Shown in pieces: positions 1 through 10,389 of a stretch of DNA of 64,000 bases. The DNA comes from Andalucia godoyi And28 (Eukaryota > Protista > Jakobida): positions 1 through 64,000 of the forward strand of contig VRVR01000014.1 in the NCBI GenBank assembly GCA_009859145.1. The letters are read 5' to 3'. The notes beneath the pieces were generated by a model, which saw only the letters and a program-made list of their open reading frames with translations, did not search any database and was not told where the DNA came from. How positions within the stretch are numbered: the first letter of the stretch is position 1; every line of letters starts with the position of its first letter. The position numbers and the translations under genes are program-made.

Positions 1-450
1 TTTTCGAGATCGGAAATTGCGACATTGAACTGATATTCTGATAATGAACTCTGTTTACAATGGAAAGGCACAACAAAAAGAAAGAAGAAGTTTGGGAACC
101 CACTAACTATCAACCAAGCAACACTTCAAATTTTGAAATCGCGCGGGAAACTACAGGATGTCAAGTGCCATCAAAAAGGTGTCATCTGCTGGTTACTCGT
201 TCGGTTCTCTGCTCCCTGCGAGCGAGGAACCGAGTGAGGAACTGGATAGAGCAGACGACATCTTTTGCTAGTACGACTTTCAGAGCACATCAACGGCTGT
301 CGTAGCCGAAAGCAAGTGTGAAAACGCCCACTATTGTTGAGGTCGAAACGGGAAATGTTTTCGCTATTGAGGTCTTTCGATCAACGTGTACATAATATAT
401 AAGAAGCAGATTGATGTTGTGAAGCGAGGTTGAGGCGAAAACAATGAATA
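1..450 (+). pseudogene. Highly degenerate Fanzor2/TnpB-like ORF fragment (post-RuvC-I to about RuvC-II), runs off the window start
   Basis: Frame +3 nt 3-38 gives FEIGNCDIELIF. Frame +1 gives ATLQILKSRGKLQDVKCHQKGVICWLLVRF and SKREMFSLLRSFDQRVHN, with several stops. Order and spacing resemble Fanzor2 EIGxxDIxRI / RIRNLVxxCHxKxxxWL / SKxxRxMLxWSHxxFxQRL. Confidence 0.35.
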
Positions 451-971
451 GACTGCAATCTTGGGTGTGATGCAACACAGCGAAAAATACTGGCTGGGGA
501 GTAACCGAGGAGATCAGCCAGTTCGCTGACTTCCTTTATGATAAATCCAAATGAAAAGAATGTTGGACTGCATTGTTGCTGGATCTTTCGAGCCCTTGAG
601 GTGATGCAAGCCATTGATGCAACAAGGAAGGGGGACGGTTGCATCACTTGATTCAAGCAATGTTCTGGGACGTGCTTATTTATTCATTTATTTTTCTTTT
701 GGAGGGGGGGAAGGCATAAGCGTTTCACAAGCTTTTTGATGCGACTTCTTTTTTATCCTAGTATTCCCTCATTGAGAAGTACCCGTAGCTCCGAGTACCG
801 AATAAAAGCTCGCTAAAGCGTATTGTGGAACTAAAGCGGGAGTGTGTCAATTTGACCTTTTTGAGCAAGGGAAAGCCTTTCCAACTCACCGGAAACGAGA
901 TTGGATTTTGCAGTCGTTTCCGGAAGTAATCAAGAGGAGAGAAGGAAAAGAAATATTATCGCTTTAACGCC

Positions 972-2588
972 ATGTTGGGAGGCCGTGGTTGGGCGTGTGG
1001 GCGTTCGTACCTTTGGAAATTCTTAGTCGGTTTCGCTCTTATAAGTGCTGCTATGATGTTCTGGGGTCGATCGCCGGCTGTTGTTCAGGAGGTTGAACGG
1101 TTATTTGTTCCATCAAAAGCCGTGCCGTTTTTCCAGATATGCGATCGAAGCGAGTTCTGCTCCGGAAGAGGCCACTGTCAGGTAACTCTGACTTGCAACT
1201 GCGTTTGTCTTTGTGATGTTGGGTATATTGGATATGATTGCTTTTTGGAAGAAGAGATGTTTACTTCTGTAGTTTCAAAGTCTGTGATTCCCATTGTCAA
1301 TGATAAGGATGTCCTCTTGTCTGTTTCCACGTGCGGAATGGATATGAACCCCTTGACGCGTAATGTTTATGCTTCTCTGCGAGATGTAGGATTTGATGTA
1401 AGATACTTTTTGCTGATTATCGCGAGTGACGTTTCTTGTACTGTTGAAAACAAGGATATCCTGAACTCGTGGGTCGGTCCGTTTGCTGGAAGTCGTTTCT
1501 GGAAAGAAATAGAGTCAACGCGTCCATTTACGGCACCGCAGCGATTGAAGGATCGCCGAGTCTTGGCGCATTTCTGTCGCATTGTCATTCAACGAACCAT
1601 TTACATCTACGAGATTTTGCGATTGGGATACAGCGTCCTTCATTCGGATACCGATGTGGCCTGGTACAAGCCAGTTGGCACAGGCATGCGCAAAGATGTG
1701 GATATTTCGACAAGCACCTCTGCATGGACGAATCGCGAGGACTTTTTTTGGAGAACTCCAGAAACGGCTCAATGGAACGGCGGACTGCAATATTACAAAA
1801 GTACCCCGCAGGCAATTGAATTCTTGGCCCGGTCGATTGACGAAGTACTACATGCAAACTGGCAGGATCAGAATGATTGGGTAATTGACCAATGGGGTAT
1901 GCACAAAGTATATGAACAGAGAGTCGTTTCAGGACTGAAAGTCCAAGTCTTGGGACTCGACGAATACACCCATATGAACTACTTGGCTTCCAGGTATGGA
2001 GGGTGGATCGTGCCACACAGCATCGTGCATGCCCATGCCGTTGGTACCCATCCTTCCCCAAACCATCTGCGAAAGATCTTCCATCTTCGGCATGCTCGAG
2101 GCTTCGACATGCACGATCCAGAATACTACAACGTCAAAATCTTGACGTACGATAGCAAGGCCGCCACTCTCGAGTTGGCGATTGCAGAACTTGACTGTGC
2201 TCGGAAAACTGCAACTGCCTTGAATAGGATGCTCGTGCTTCCAATATGGCCGTGTTCCTGGCACGTGATGTACCGAAAGCCGAAGGCTGGTGTTTGGGCA
2301 GAGTCTTGCATGATAGGCATGATGCTGGATGTTACCCGTCTTGATGCATCGTTTCCACTTGAAAGGTCTTTTCGCGAACATGGTTTTGACCGGAATTCTC
2401 GGTGGACAGACCCATTTCCTCCAAAAAAGAGGTCTGTTGTGCACTTTTCTCAACTGCAACGCCCGGAATCAGTGAGCGATTCGTTTATCGAGTTTGATGA
2501 GCTGCATGTAGAAGACGAGATATCTTGTCCAGATCATGTTGTTCAGCCGTCCACGTATGTTATTGACATGGAATTGTGGAGGTATTGA
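972..2588 (+). CDS. Type II membrane nucleotide-diphospho-sugar transferase (GT77/XEG113-like) with an EGF-like Cys module
   Basis: 538 aa ORF; N-terminal TM; CSGRGHC...CVCLCDVGYIGYDC EGF-like motif; LHSDTDVAW DxD motif; DQ motif; C-terminal ATALNRMLVLPIWPC as in XEG113-like proteins. Confidence 0.75.
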   Translation: MLGGRGWACGRSYLWKFLVGFALISAAMMFWGRSPAVVQEVERLFVPSKAVPFFQICDRSEFCSGRGHCQVTLTCNCVCLCDVGYIGYDCFLEEEMFTSVVSKSVIPIVNDKDVLLSVSTCGMDMNPLTRNVYASLRDVGFDVRYFLLIIASDVSCTVENKDILNSWVGPFAGSRFWKEIESTRPFTAPQRLKDRRVLAHFCRIVIQRTIYIYEILRLGYSVLHSDTDVAWYKPVGTGMRKDVDISTSTSAWTNREDFFWRTPETAQWNGGLQYYKSTPQAIEFLARSIDEVLHANWQDQNDWVIDQWGMHKVYEQRVVSGLKVQVLGLDEYTHMNYLASRYGGWIVPHSIVHAHAVGTHPSPNHLRKIFHLRHARGFDMHDPEYYNVKILTYDSKAATLELAIAELDCARKTATALNRMLVLPIWPCSWHVMYRKPKAGVWAESCMIGMMLDVTRLDASFPLERSFREHGFDRNSRWTDPFPPKKRSVVHFSQLQRPESVSDSFIEFDELHVEDEISCPDHVVQPSTYVIDMELWRY

Positions 2589-2647
2589 TGATGATGATGA
2601 CGATGATGACGATGATGATGATGATGATGATGATGATTATGATGATG
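2586..2647 (+). repeat. (GAT/GAC)n trinucleotide microsatellite overlapping the stop codon
   Basis: About 20 GAT/GAC units directly visible. Confidence 0.95.
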
Positions 2648-2909
2648 CTTGTCTGGTCCATTTGCGATTTTCGAATGTATTCTCTTTACTAAGAGCCCCA
2701 TCTTATCTTTGTAAAAAGGATCTTCATACATCCGTTCTATTTCTATTGCCGATTGCGAATTTCCACCTCCTCCTACCCCCTACGGATCCACGACAGTTAT
2801 TGATATAGCTGCACCGCGGTTGAAAACCGAAAATCAGAATTTCCTAAATTAAGATGACGGAGACCGCTTGAATCTGGGGTAGTCTGCACCGCGCGCTGCG
2901 GAAGCGCCA

Positions 2910-3560
2910 TAGACAAGGTTCCGTTTGAGTACGATACGGAAGAAAGATTCACATAATTACGCCAAAGGAGAATCTCTTTCTGTTTTGAATGCTGTGCAAG
3001 AGGAGCGTCCAGTGTCGACTGATCCACCCTACGAGCGTGAGGGACCGACGGCAGATAGCGGCACGTCTACTGAGCCTCTGAAGAAGCTTCCGCGACAGTA
3101 GGTGTCCATCGTGTCGGCTGGGCTTCGCGAAAGGCGTGAAGCTTGGAGCAATTTTATCCGACGATTCACTAAAAGCCATGTATCGATGTAGCATTCCTTT
3201 CGGTATTATCAAAGACCCCGCCCTGAGAGGTGCATTCGAGGATTTCAGGCAGCAGACAATGGAGAAGAACAGCTCATAAGTGAGTTAGGGAAATGGATGA
3301 CTTCTTCTTTTTTTCTTTTTCCAACTTTCAAAAAAAGAAGAAAAAAGGCGATGTGTACCGTGAATGGGCGTTTACGTCCCCGCGAAAGTTTGGAAAACAA
3401 TATTTCAATGTCCAACATGGTCAGCGGTGATAGATCGAGATTGGAATGGTGCGCGCAATATCCATTTTGAAGAACACGGTGCGCATGCACTTGTGTGTGC
3501 TGGTGGTGCCTGTCCCGTAGACGATGGATTCGCAGGATCGATTGTCAATATGGCACGCAA
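2910..3560 (+). mobile_element. Fanzor2/TnpB remnant (copy E): Zn-ribbon plus RuvC-III, with weaker upstream WED/RuvC-I traces
   Basis: Nt 3398-3462 encode TIFQCPTWSAVIDRDWNGARNI. MCTVNGRL lies upstream in a shifted frame and GGACP (GAYP-like) downstream. Weaker upstream traces: PFEYDTEERFT, ERPVSTDPP. Confidence 0.7.
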
Positions 3561-3969
3561 CGCTGCAATTTGTACCCATCAGAATCAATTAGCGTGGACG
3601 CAGCAGCGTGTTGCAGACTACCCCAGATTCAAAAGGGTGGAAACCGTGCTCACACTCGACCAGCGTTTGCTGCCATCATGATGGGGCGTGAGAACACTCA
3701 GAGAGCGTCGCCAGAGATTGCGCCGACGGTGCAGAGCAGGCACAGCTGACCTCCCTTTCATCTAAAGATCGTGCATCTGTAAAATGGACGGATCGGTTCT
3801 CCAAAATGCTTTTCAATCCAGGCATTATACAGACCATTGCGAGTGCTTTGATATTCATTTGCTGACGCACAAGACAAGACTCGATCTCGAAGCCCGTGGT
3901 TTCGCAAAAGACATTTTCCAAATGAGATTAGGCGACTTTTCTTCCGAAGTGCTCAATTTTGTTGTGTCC

Positions 3970-5010
3970 ATGTCTCTATTTCGGAAGATTGTCCTGGTTT
4001 TCACGGCATTGGTAATTGCGCGTTTCGCCATTTCTTCTGAGTTTCGGCTATTTTCACACAGTGCTAATGTCCCCCTTCTGCGTCCCGTCATTCGCGTTAT
4101 TGTAATGGGAACACCAAGACGTATGTCTTATTTGGAAGAAGCTGAGCGCACTTGGTTCCAGGACTGGGATCTTGATCGAGTTTTCATTGTTGGAAACCGC
4201 GACAACAACCAAGAAATAGTGCCGTTTCCGGAGGCCACGCTTCACCCCCAGAGGAGAATTTTATACCCTCCATTCCACCCAAATGTTTCACACTCGCGAG
4301 ATCGTTCGCAGCTGTTTTCCCGCTGGTTTTATGCTGCTGTTGACATACTGCGTATGTATCCGGACACTGAATGGGTGTTGCGTGTGTGTGATGATACGTA
4401 TGTTGTCAAAGAAAATTTGGAAGCCTCCTTATTGGGAGTCGACTTTCGTTTGTTGTCATTTATGGGACGAGCGTCGATTGCCTATCCCGAAGGAGTCAAC
4501 TGGGTAAGGAACTACGAAGAAGATGTTCACGTGTTTTCCGCTCTCCATCCAGGTGGTGGGGCTGGATGGCTCGTCAGTCGAAGGCTTGTAGAGTGGATGT
4601 CTCTCAATACTCAGACACTTGACGCCAATGCTTACCTCATGTTTTACAATGATGACGTTTTTTCAGGATATTTCTTTTTGAAGGGGATCGGGCTAGCTGT
4701 GAAAAATCATGCTGGATTTGTGCAGGAACCATGTCTCTTGGAGAATGATTTGGCGTCAATGGCGCCATGTCCACGAGACCTTCCCCTCTATCAGTTATCT
4801 CCTTTTTCTGACTGGGGTCCCATCATGCCTATGTTTCCGACTCGGTGGCCAGATTTGTCGGTTCTCCATACTTACTCGCCCTCCATGTTCCAAACTTATA
4901 GGGAAATCCAGACTTACAGGGAAAGGCATCGCATACGATTCTCGATCTCTCCTATGAACCAACCTATCATACAACTGCATGAATCAAAGTTTGTTCTTTG
5001 TTTAGAATAA
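3970..5010 (+). CDS. Fringe-like/GT31 beta-1,3-glycosyltransferase
   Basis: ORF 3784-5010; likely start MSLFRKIVLV (signal anchor); RVCDDTYV DDTY motif, GGGAGWLVSR, NDDV. Confidence 0.75.
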   Translation: MSLFRKIVLVFTALVIARFAISSEFRLFSHSANVPLLRPVIRVIVMGTPRRMSYLEEAERTWFQDWDLDRVFIVGNRDNNQEIVPFPEATLHPQRRILYPPFHPNVSHSRDRSQLFSRWFYAAVDILRMYPDTEWVLRVCDDTYVVKENLEASLLGVDFRLLSFMGRASIAYPEGVNWVRNYEEDVHVFSALHPGGGAGWLVSRRLVEWMSLNTQTLDANAYLMFYNDDVFSGYFFLKGIGLAVKNHAGFVQEPCLLENDLASMAPCPRDLPLYQLSPFSDWGPIMPMFPTRWPDLSVLHTYSPSMFQTYREIQTYRERHRIRFSISPMNQPIIQLHESKFVLCLE

Positions 5011-5464
5011 ACAAACGGAGGTCCGTCTTGCCCATGAGTTGCCAATGATTGTGCATCTCACGTCACCATATTGTAGTCAAGTCTAGAAAATTTCTTCATT
5101 ATTCACTTTGCATATCTCTATTTATTTCTGTTTGTTTGTGCTTTTTATAATCAAAGACAAAAACATCTCATGGCTTCAAAAAGAAGGATCTTTCCAACAA
5201 ACTCAAACCGGCCATGCCCGACGATGCCGAGAACCAAGGAAACCGTTGATCCCTCTCGTCTGAGGCAGAGAGCAGCAAGAAGAAGCGACAACCCTTTGAT
5301 GCAGAACAGTCTACATTGAAGAGTTAGTGCTCGCCCCCAATTAAAGACGCAAAACAAAACATGTGGCTTGGACCTGTCTTCAGTGACAGCTTAGCCGATG
5401 ACCAATCTCATGTTTTGGCGAGCGGTGTGTTCTCTGCATGTCACTGTAAAACACCAACATTCAT

Positions 5465-7258
5465 TTGTCCAGTGTCGCCAGCTCCTGCATGAGAAAGGAT
5501 ATTGTTTGTCCCCTTTTGCAATACAGGGAAGTTCGCTCGGAAATCGGAGCTTGGACGGCACACGAAGGCTCTGAACGTTGTCAGAAACACCTTCCGGAGA
5601 AGGCCAAAAACATTCCGATGGATCCTCGTTCATTGTGGCCTCGTGTTGATTCCGTTGCTGGTGATCTCGTAGACGTAGAAAGTTTCATCGGTGGTGATGG
5701 AACTTATTCCTCCGTAACGGCGTCTGTTTGCCGTTGGATTGCCTCTCCCATAGTCCGCTCGGAGCTTGTGCACACCGCTGTACAGGCCAGACCTTTAATT
5801 GAGAAGACGCTGCTATCAGCCAGTTCACCTCGCGTTCCTAGGACAAACGCTGATTCTGATGGTCAAGACACACTACATTTCGCCGATATTGTCCTGTACT
5901 GTGACGGTGTGATAACCGAAAGGTGGCAGTGTATTCGGTTCTTCGAAAGTATTTGGGAAAACAGGGACCGCATTCGAGACACACATTTGCAGCTGTTCGT
6001 GCGAAGCTGGAAAGCGATAGACTTCATGGCTTAGACGTCATTCCTGTTTCTGTGAGTCTGGAATTATTTTTTTCGACGGCTTACGAATCTTCTGTCGCAA
6101 TACATCAGACTGCGGTACTTGCATGATGAATCGTGTGAATTATCGATGTGAACGTATACCCGATGTCCACCGAGCTCGCCCTCACGACCCAGTTGTCTTG
6201 GCCACAAGAAATCGAAATGACAATGTTCAAGAGCGTCCCCTGAACCTGGACATTTCGGAACATGATGTGCGGCTCGTTCGAGAATCCGTCATTTCTGTGT
6301 TTCGCGTAGACAAGGGGGCTGGAGTGGCTTTCGTTTTCAGGCCTCTTTATTTTGGAACATCGGTAGACGGGGTTGCGCGAAACGAAGTCGTGGGCATGAA
6401 ATCAATCGGACTTTCTCTTCGGATGCATAGCAGATGCACGTTTCATCAATGAGCGTTTGTCGTACGATCAGAGGTTCTGCGCAGACTCGAGCGATGGTGT
6501 CTTCGAGGATTTCCCCCCTCGATTAGGAATTGCCGAACTGAGCTTAGTACGCCTACTGGACGGCGATTCGACAACAAATTTCGCGCGAGCTCGCATTGGT
6601 GCCCAAGAGTACCATTTCTTCTCACCCCTGTGGCATCTCACGCCGTCAGTCTTGCAGATCATCGCAGTCGACGCCTTCCATGCAGACGGGGAGGTTCTGG
6701 TTCCAAGACACCTCGAACAGGGTTGAAGCGGAACTGGTGGCATCTTACAAGAACAGGGGTATCCACGAGGGGCCAAGAAGGAATGGAGTTCTGGATAGCT
6801 TTCTCAATATTTTTTTTCGCAGGATGCTAGACAAGAACGTGGGTGGGGTCTGCAAAATTCGCCAGCTTGAAACGGCAAAAATGGGCCACAAACGGCCGCA
6901 TGAAAATGGACACAATGAAGCGGATGCCTCTCATTTTTTGCGGGATGTGCTGTCGCCATTGGAGTACTGCCGGTTCATGGAGTCCAAGGCAGGAATCGGG
7001 TTGCGGGAACATTCGTGTTTAAGTAAGTGTCTCATGCAGAATGCTTACATTTTGAATGGTTCCCTCACTGAGCTTCGGGCTCAGGTGCACAAGTGTCTTC
7101 TGCAAATGGCGGAGTCTGTGGGTCACAACCTTTTCGTGCTGACTTTGCATATGTTTGAGCACTTCGCGGACTGTTTCGAGTATCTTGGTATCCTGTTCCA
7201 GTCAATGACGTTTCGTTTTGAAAGAGTCATCAAGAACGTCAAATCCTTCTATGAATAA
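5465..7258 (+). mobile_element. Degenerate CACTA/EnSpm (CMC superfamily) DDE transposase pseudogene
   Basis: Across frameshifted ORFs, in order: IVLYCDGV (D1), IIFFDGL...DCGTC (D2 plus C2C), LHMFEHF...MTFRFERVIKNVK (H3H plus E). No paired TIRs found. Confidence 0.6.
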
Positions 7259-7476
7259 CTTTCTTCCTCGTTTTCTTTTCAGTTTTCTTATCGTTCAGCT
7301 GTTCCGTTGACGTCAGATTCGATATGTGACACACCCAAGTTCTCCCCCATCAATGAATCTGCCGCTGGTTTCCAACAAATTCACGACGTTGACACAATAC
7401 TCACAACAAGCCTCAATAAAAGATGTTAGAGATTTACAAAAAAAAAATAAAAAATGGAACTGGACAGTTCTGATAA

Positions 7477-8955
7477 TTACCCAAAACGGAATGAAAAATG
7501 TTGCTGACCGCCGCCAAAGCCACCTCCAAAGTTGTCACCAAAAGGATTGAAACCTGGATGCCCAAAGCCTCCGTGCCCACCAGGCTGATGCTGCTGTTCA
7601 AAATCCTCGCCGGCATCATATTTTCGTCGCTTTTCTTGGTCAGTCAGAATCTCATAGGCATCATTCAACTCTCGGAACTTCGTTTCGTACTCGGCTTGCT
7701 TTCCTTCCGGAGCCTTGTCTGGGTGCAACTTTGAAGCAAGCTTCCTGTACGCTTTCTTGATCTCCTTTTCAGATGCAGTTTTTGGTACCCCGATCACCTT
7801 GTACAAATCCTTGCGAGAAGCCATCCGCTGCAGACGCTGCACTTTGCTGATTCCCTCCATGGGGCGCTGGTCATTGGGACTTTTCTCTCGGGCTCGTTGA
7901 AATTCGCGAAGAGCACTGTCAAGGTCATCTTTGAGAATGAATGCTTCTGCACGGAACAAAATGGGATCCACTGTCGATGTATCCAGCGCCTCCGCCAGAG
8001 AACAAGATTCCAAAGCAGCATCTGCATCCTTCAACTTCACATGACAATCACAAATGGCGGAAGCCAACTGGAGTGCCATCTGTGCATGTGGTTCCGCTCG
8101 TTGGGCCTGCAGGAACGACTTCAGGGCGTCACCAAACCTTTGTTCTGCAAATGCTTGCTGCCCTTCAGAATGGTGCCGCAGCATGTCGCGAAGCCTCTTG
8201 TGCTCCAACTTTGCGTCTTTGTGATCGGGATCCAGCTTCAAGACGCGTTTAAAATTCTGCAGAGCAGAATCAATGGACCCAAGATTGATCAACGCACGCC
8301 CAAGAACCATCAATGCTTCAATCTGCGTTCTACCTGACGCAGTATGCTCGGATTTCCTTCCCAAGATTTTGTTCGTCTCTTCGCGAACAATACCAATGTC
8401 ATCCGCACGAAGAGCACAAACAGCCCTTTCCAACCGCAATGCATCCGACTCCCTCGCAACTGCAAGTATTCTTGCGTATTCTAGCAGGCCATCCGAGAGA
8501 GCCTCCTGGGGACGATCGGGGGAGCATAATTGGCGGGCTCTTTTCAAACTGTTGGAAAGAGAAGTTAGCTTTGGATCAAATGGATACTTTCGCAGCCCTT
8601 CCTCTACCTTCCCGAGCAGCAAGTACAGTTTTGGAAGATAATCTGCCCCAACCCTGTCTTCCGCTCTTTCAAAGTCTGCAATTGCAGCATCATACTTCTT
8701 CGAAAGATACAAAACCTCCCCTCGCTTAGCATATATGCTCATCAACACAGATGCAGACGTTCCGGAAGCGGGAGAATTGGCGACTGAAAGCGCCTTGGAA
8801 TATGAATCAAGCGCTTCTGCATATTTACCCGAAGAAAAAGCAGTTTTGGCTTGTTGAAGAAGGGCGTCAATACCAGTCGCGAGCGAAACCTGGATGAAAA
8901 ACGTCGCGAATACCACGATACCAAGCACGGCGCAGCACTGGAAACTCATGTGCAT
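7477..8955 (-). CDS. DNAJC3: ER co-chaperone P58IPK (TPR repeats plus J domain)
   Basis: Signal peptide after MHMSFQ, TPR array, J domain KDLYKVIGV...LHPDK, G/F-rich tail. Confidence 0.9.
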   Translation of the reverse strand: MHMSFQCCAVLGIVVFATFFIQVSLATGIDALLQQAKTAFSSGKYAEALDSYSKALSVANSPASGTSASVLMSIYAKRGEVLYLSKKYDAAIADFERAEDRVGADYLPKLYLLLGKVEEGLRKYPFDPKLTSLSNSLKRARQLCSPDRPQEALSDGLLEYARILAVARESDALRLERAVCALRADDIGIVREETNKILGRKSEHTASGRTQIEALMVLGRALINLGSIDSALQNFKRVLKLDPDHKDAKLEHKRLRDMLRHHSEGQQAFAEQRFGDALKSFLQAQRAEPHAQMALQLASAICDCHVKLKDADAALESCSLAEALDTSTVDPILFRAEAFILKDDLDSALREFQRAREKSPNDQRPMEGISKVQRLQRMASRKDLYKVIGVPKTASEKEIKKAYRKLASKLHPDKAPEGKQAEYETKFRELNDAYEILTDQEKRRKYDAGEDFEQQHQPGGHGGFGHPGFNPFGDNFGGGFGGGQQHFSFRFG

Positions 8956-9400
8956 GTGTCTTTTTTTCTTCTTCTCCCCTCCTCTTCTGCTTGGAAAACA
9001 GCACACTGGTTGCATACAAAATTACAGAGTGAATGGGGTTGAGAAGCGGGAAAACGGTGGTGTTGGTGTTTTGAGAATCGGGCGAATGGGCAGCTGGCAA
9101 GTAGCAGCAAAGGGTTTGGTGAAACGTGGCCACGTCATTTCGTTCAATCATCACAAAGCCAAAAAAATTATAGCAAAGCAAAGCCAAGAAAGAAAAAATC
9201 CGGCCGATGTGAATTTGACTTGATTCTGCTGTGCTCTTGCCTTTGATGCTTCCCGAAAAAGCCGTGAGAAAACAGTTTGTTTCCTAAATGAAAAAAAATA
9301 AAATAAAATAAAATAAAACAGAAAAAGAAACCGCCCGGTTTCCTGCAGAAAAATACCGATTCGCCGCTAGGTCGTCTTCACAGGATTGCCTGCGTTGATC

Positions 9401-10057
9401 ATGTCGTCGAATCTCACAATTTCAGAACTGGCCAACTCGTCTGCAGTGAGGCTGCGTGCGGATATCTCGAAGCGCCGCCATCGGCACCTGCAAAAGAATG
9501 CGGAGGAGAATCACCAGTTGGACGTTAGGAAGCGATCCTCAGACCGGACATGGAGTGCTGCTCACGAATGCACTTTTGAACGAATGCTGCGATCTCGTGA
9601 TGATATCCGAAAGTGGTTCAGCAAATACTCGTCCGGGAAAATCCAAGACCCCTTTCTGAGCGGATTTTCAGAGTATCACACTGCGTCGAACGAGCAGCAT
9701 TTCCAGCCACATCCACCAACGGGTGGGGGGTCTCCGTCGACAGAGCCTCGAAAGTATTTCGGAAGAACAAAATCGTTGGCGCAGCCGGCTTGTAACAGCA
9801 GCGTTGTGATCCCTCCGCTGAGGCTTGACAAGGAAAACTTGGCTCCAAGGCTGCCACTGATTGAACAAACACGATATTGCATTTCTGCACGCGATGAGAG
9901 AAGCTTACCTGTGTATCAGCCAGACATCCCACTATCCTCGAGGAGGAAAGCAGAACGAAAAGCGTTTAACGTGGATTTTATGCAGAGTGCCAAGTATTCG
10001 ATCGAGAGAGGCCGGTCTGTGCTCCGCACTCCGTGGGCTGTCAACACGGATTTGTAG
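9401..10057 (+). CDS. Hypothetical basic/Ser-rich protein
   Basis: About 218 aa ORF between AT-rich spacers, with GC content like neighbouring genes; no recognised motif. Confidence 0.55.
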   Translation: MSSNLTISELANSSAVRLRADISKRRHRHLQKNAEENHQLDVRKRSSDRTWSAAHECTFERMLRSRDDIRKWFSKYSSGKIQDPFLSGFSEYHTASNEQHFQPHPPTGGGSPSTEPRKYFGRTKSLAQPACNSSVVIPPLRLDKENLAPRLPLIEQTRYCISARDERSLPVYQPDIPLSSRRKAERKAFNVDFMQSAKYSIERGRSVLRTPWAVNTDL

Positions 10058-10389
10058 ATGGGCACGTCCCGTTTTCACAAGATGTACACCTATTATCGAT
10101 AATCAAATATTCTTGAATTTTTTATTACACTCTACAAGCAGACTGTGGTTTCTGCGCAAATACAAAGTAACTTTCTCATGTCATCACAATACCCTCATCA
10201 ACACCATCGTCATCACAGCCACCGCCTTTCCCCTCCCATCATCCATGCTCCACATGTTCCCATTCATGAAACACATTTTTCAATCCTGAAAATAATCCTC
10301 ATTGCTTTCCGATACGGTCAGAGCATTTGTGCCCAACATCTTGGATGCAGCCCTGATCAATTCTTTTAGGAGAAAAAAAACCATAAAGA

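Noticed and set aside
2586-2647. Run of in-frame TGA codons after the GT77 ORF, suggesting selenocysteine read-through
   Set aside because: Simply a (GAT)n microsatellite; no SECIS or coding sequence follows.
5442-5451. CACTGTAAAA as the left TIR of the CACTA-like element
   Set aside because: No reverse-complement partner downstream of 7258, and it lies too close to the coding remnant; left unassigned.
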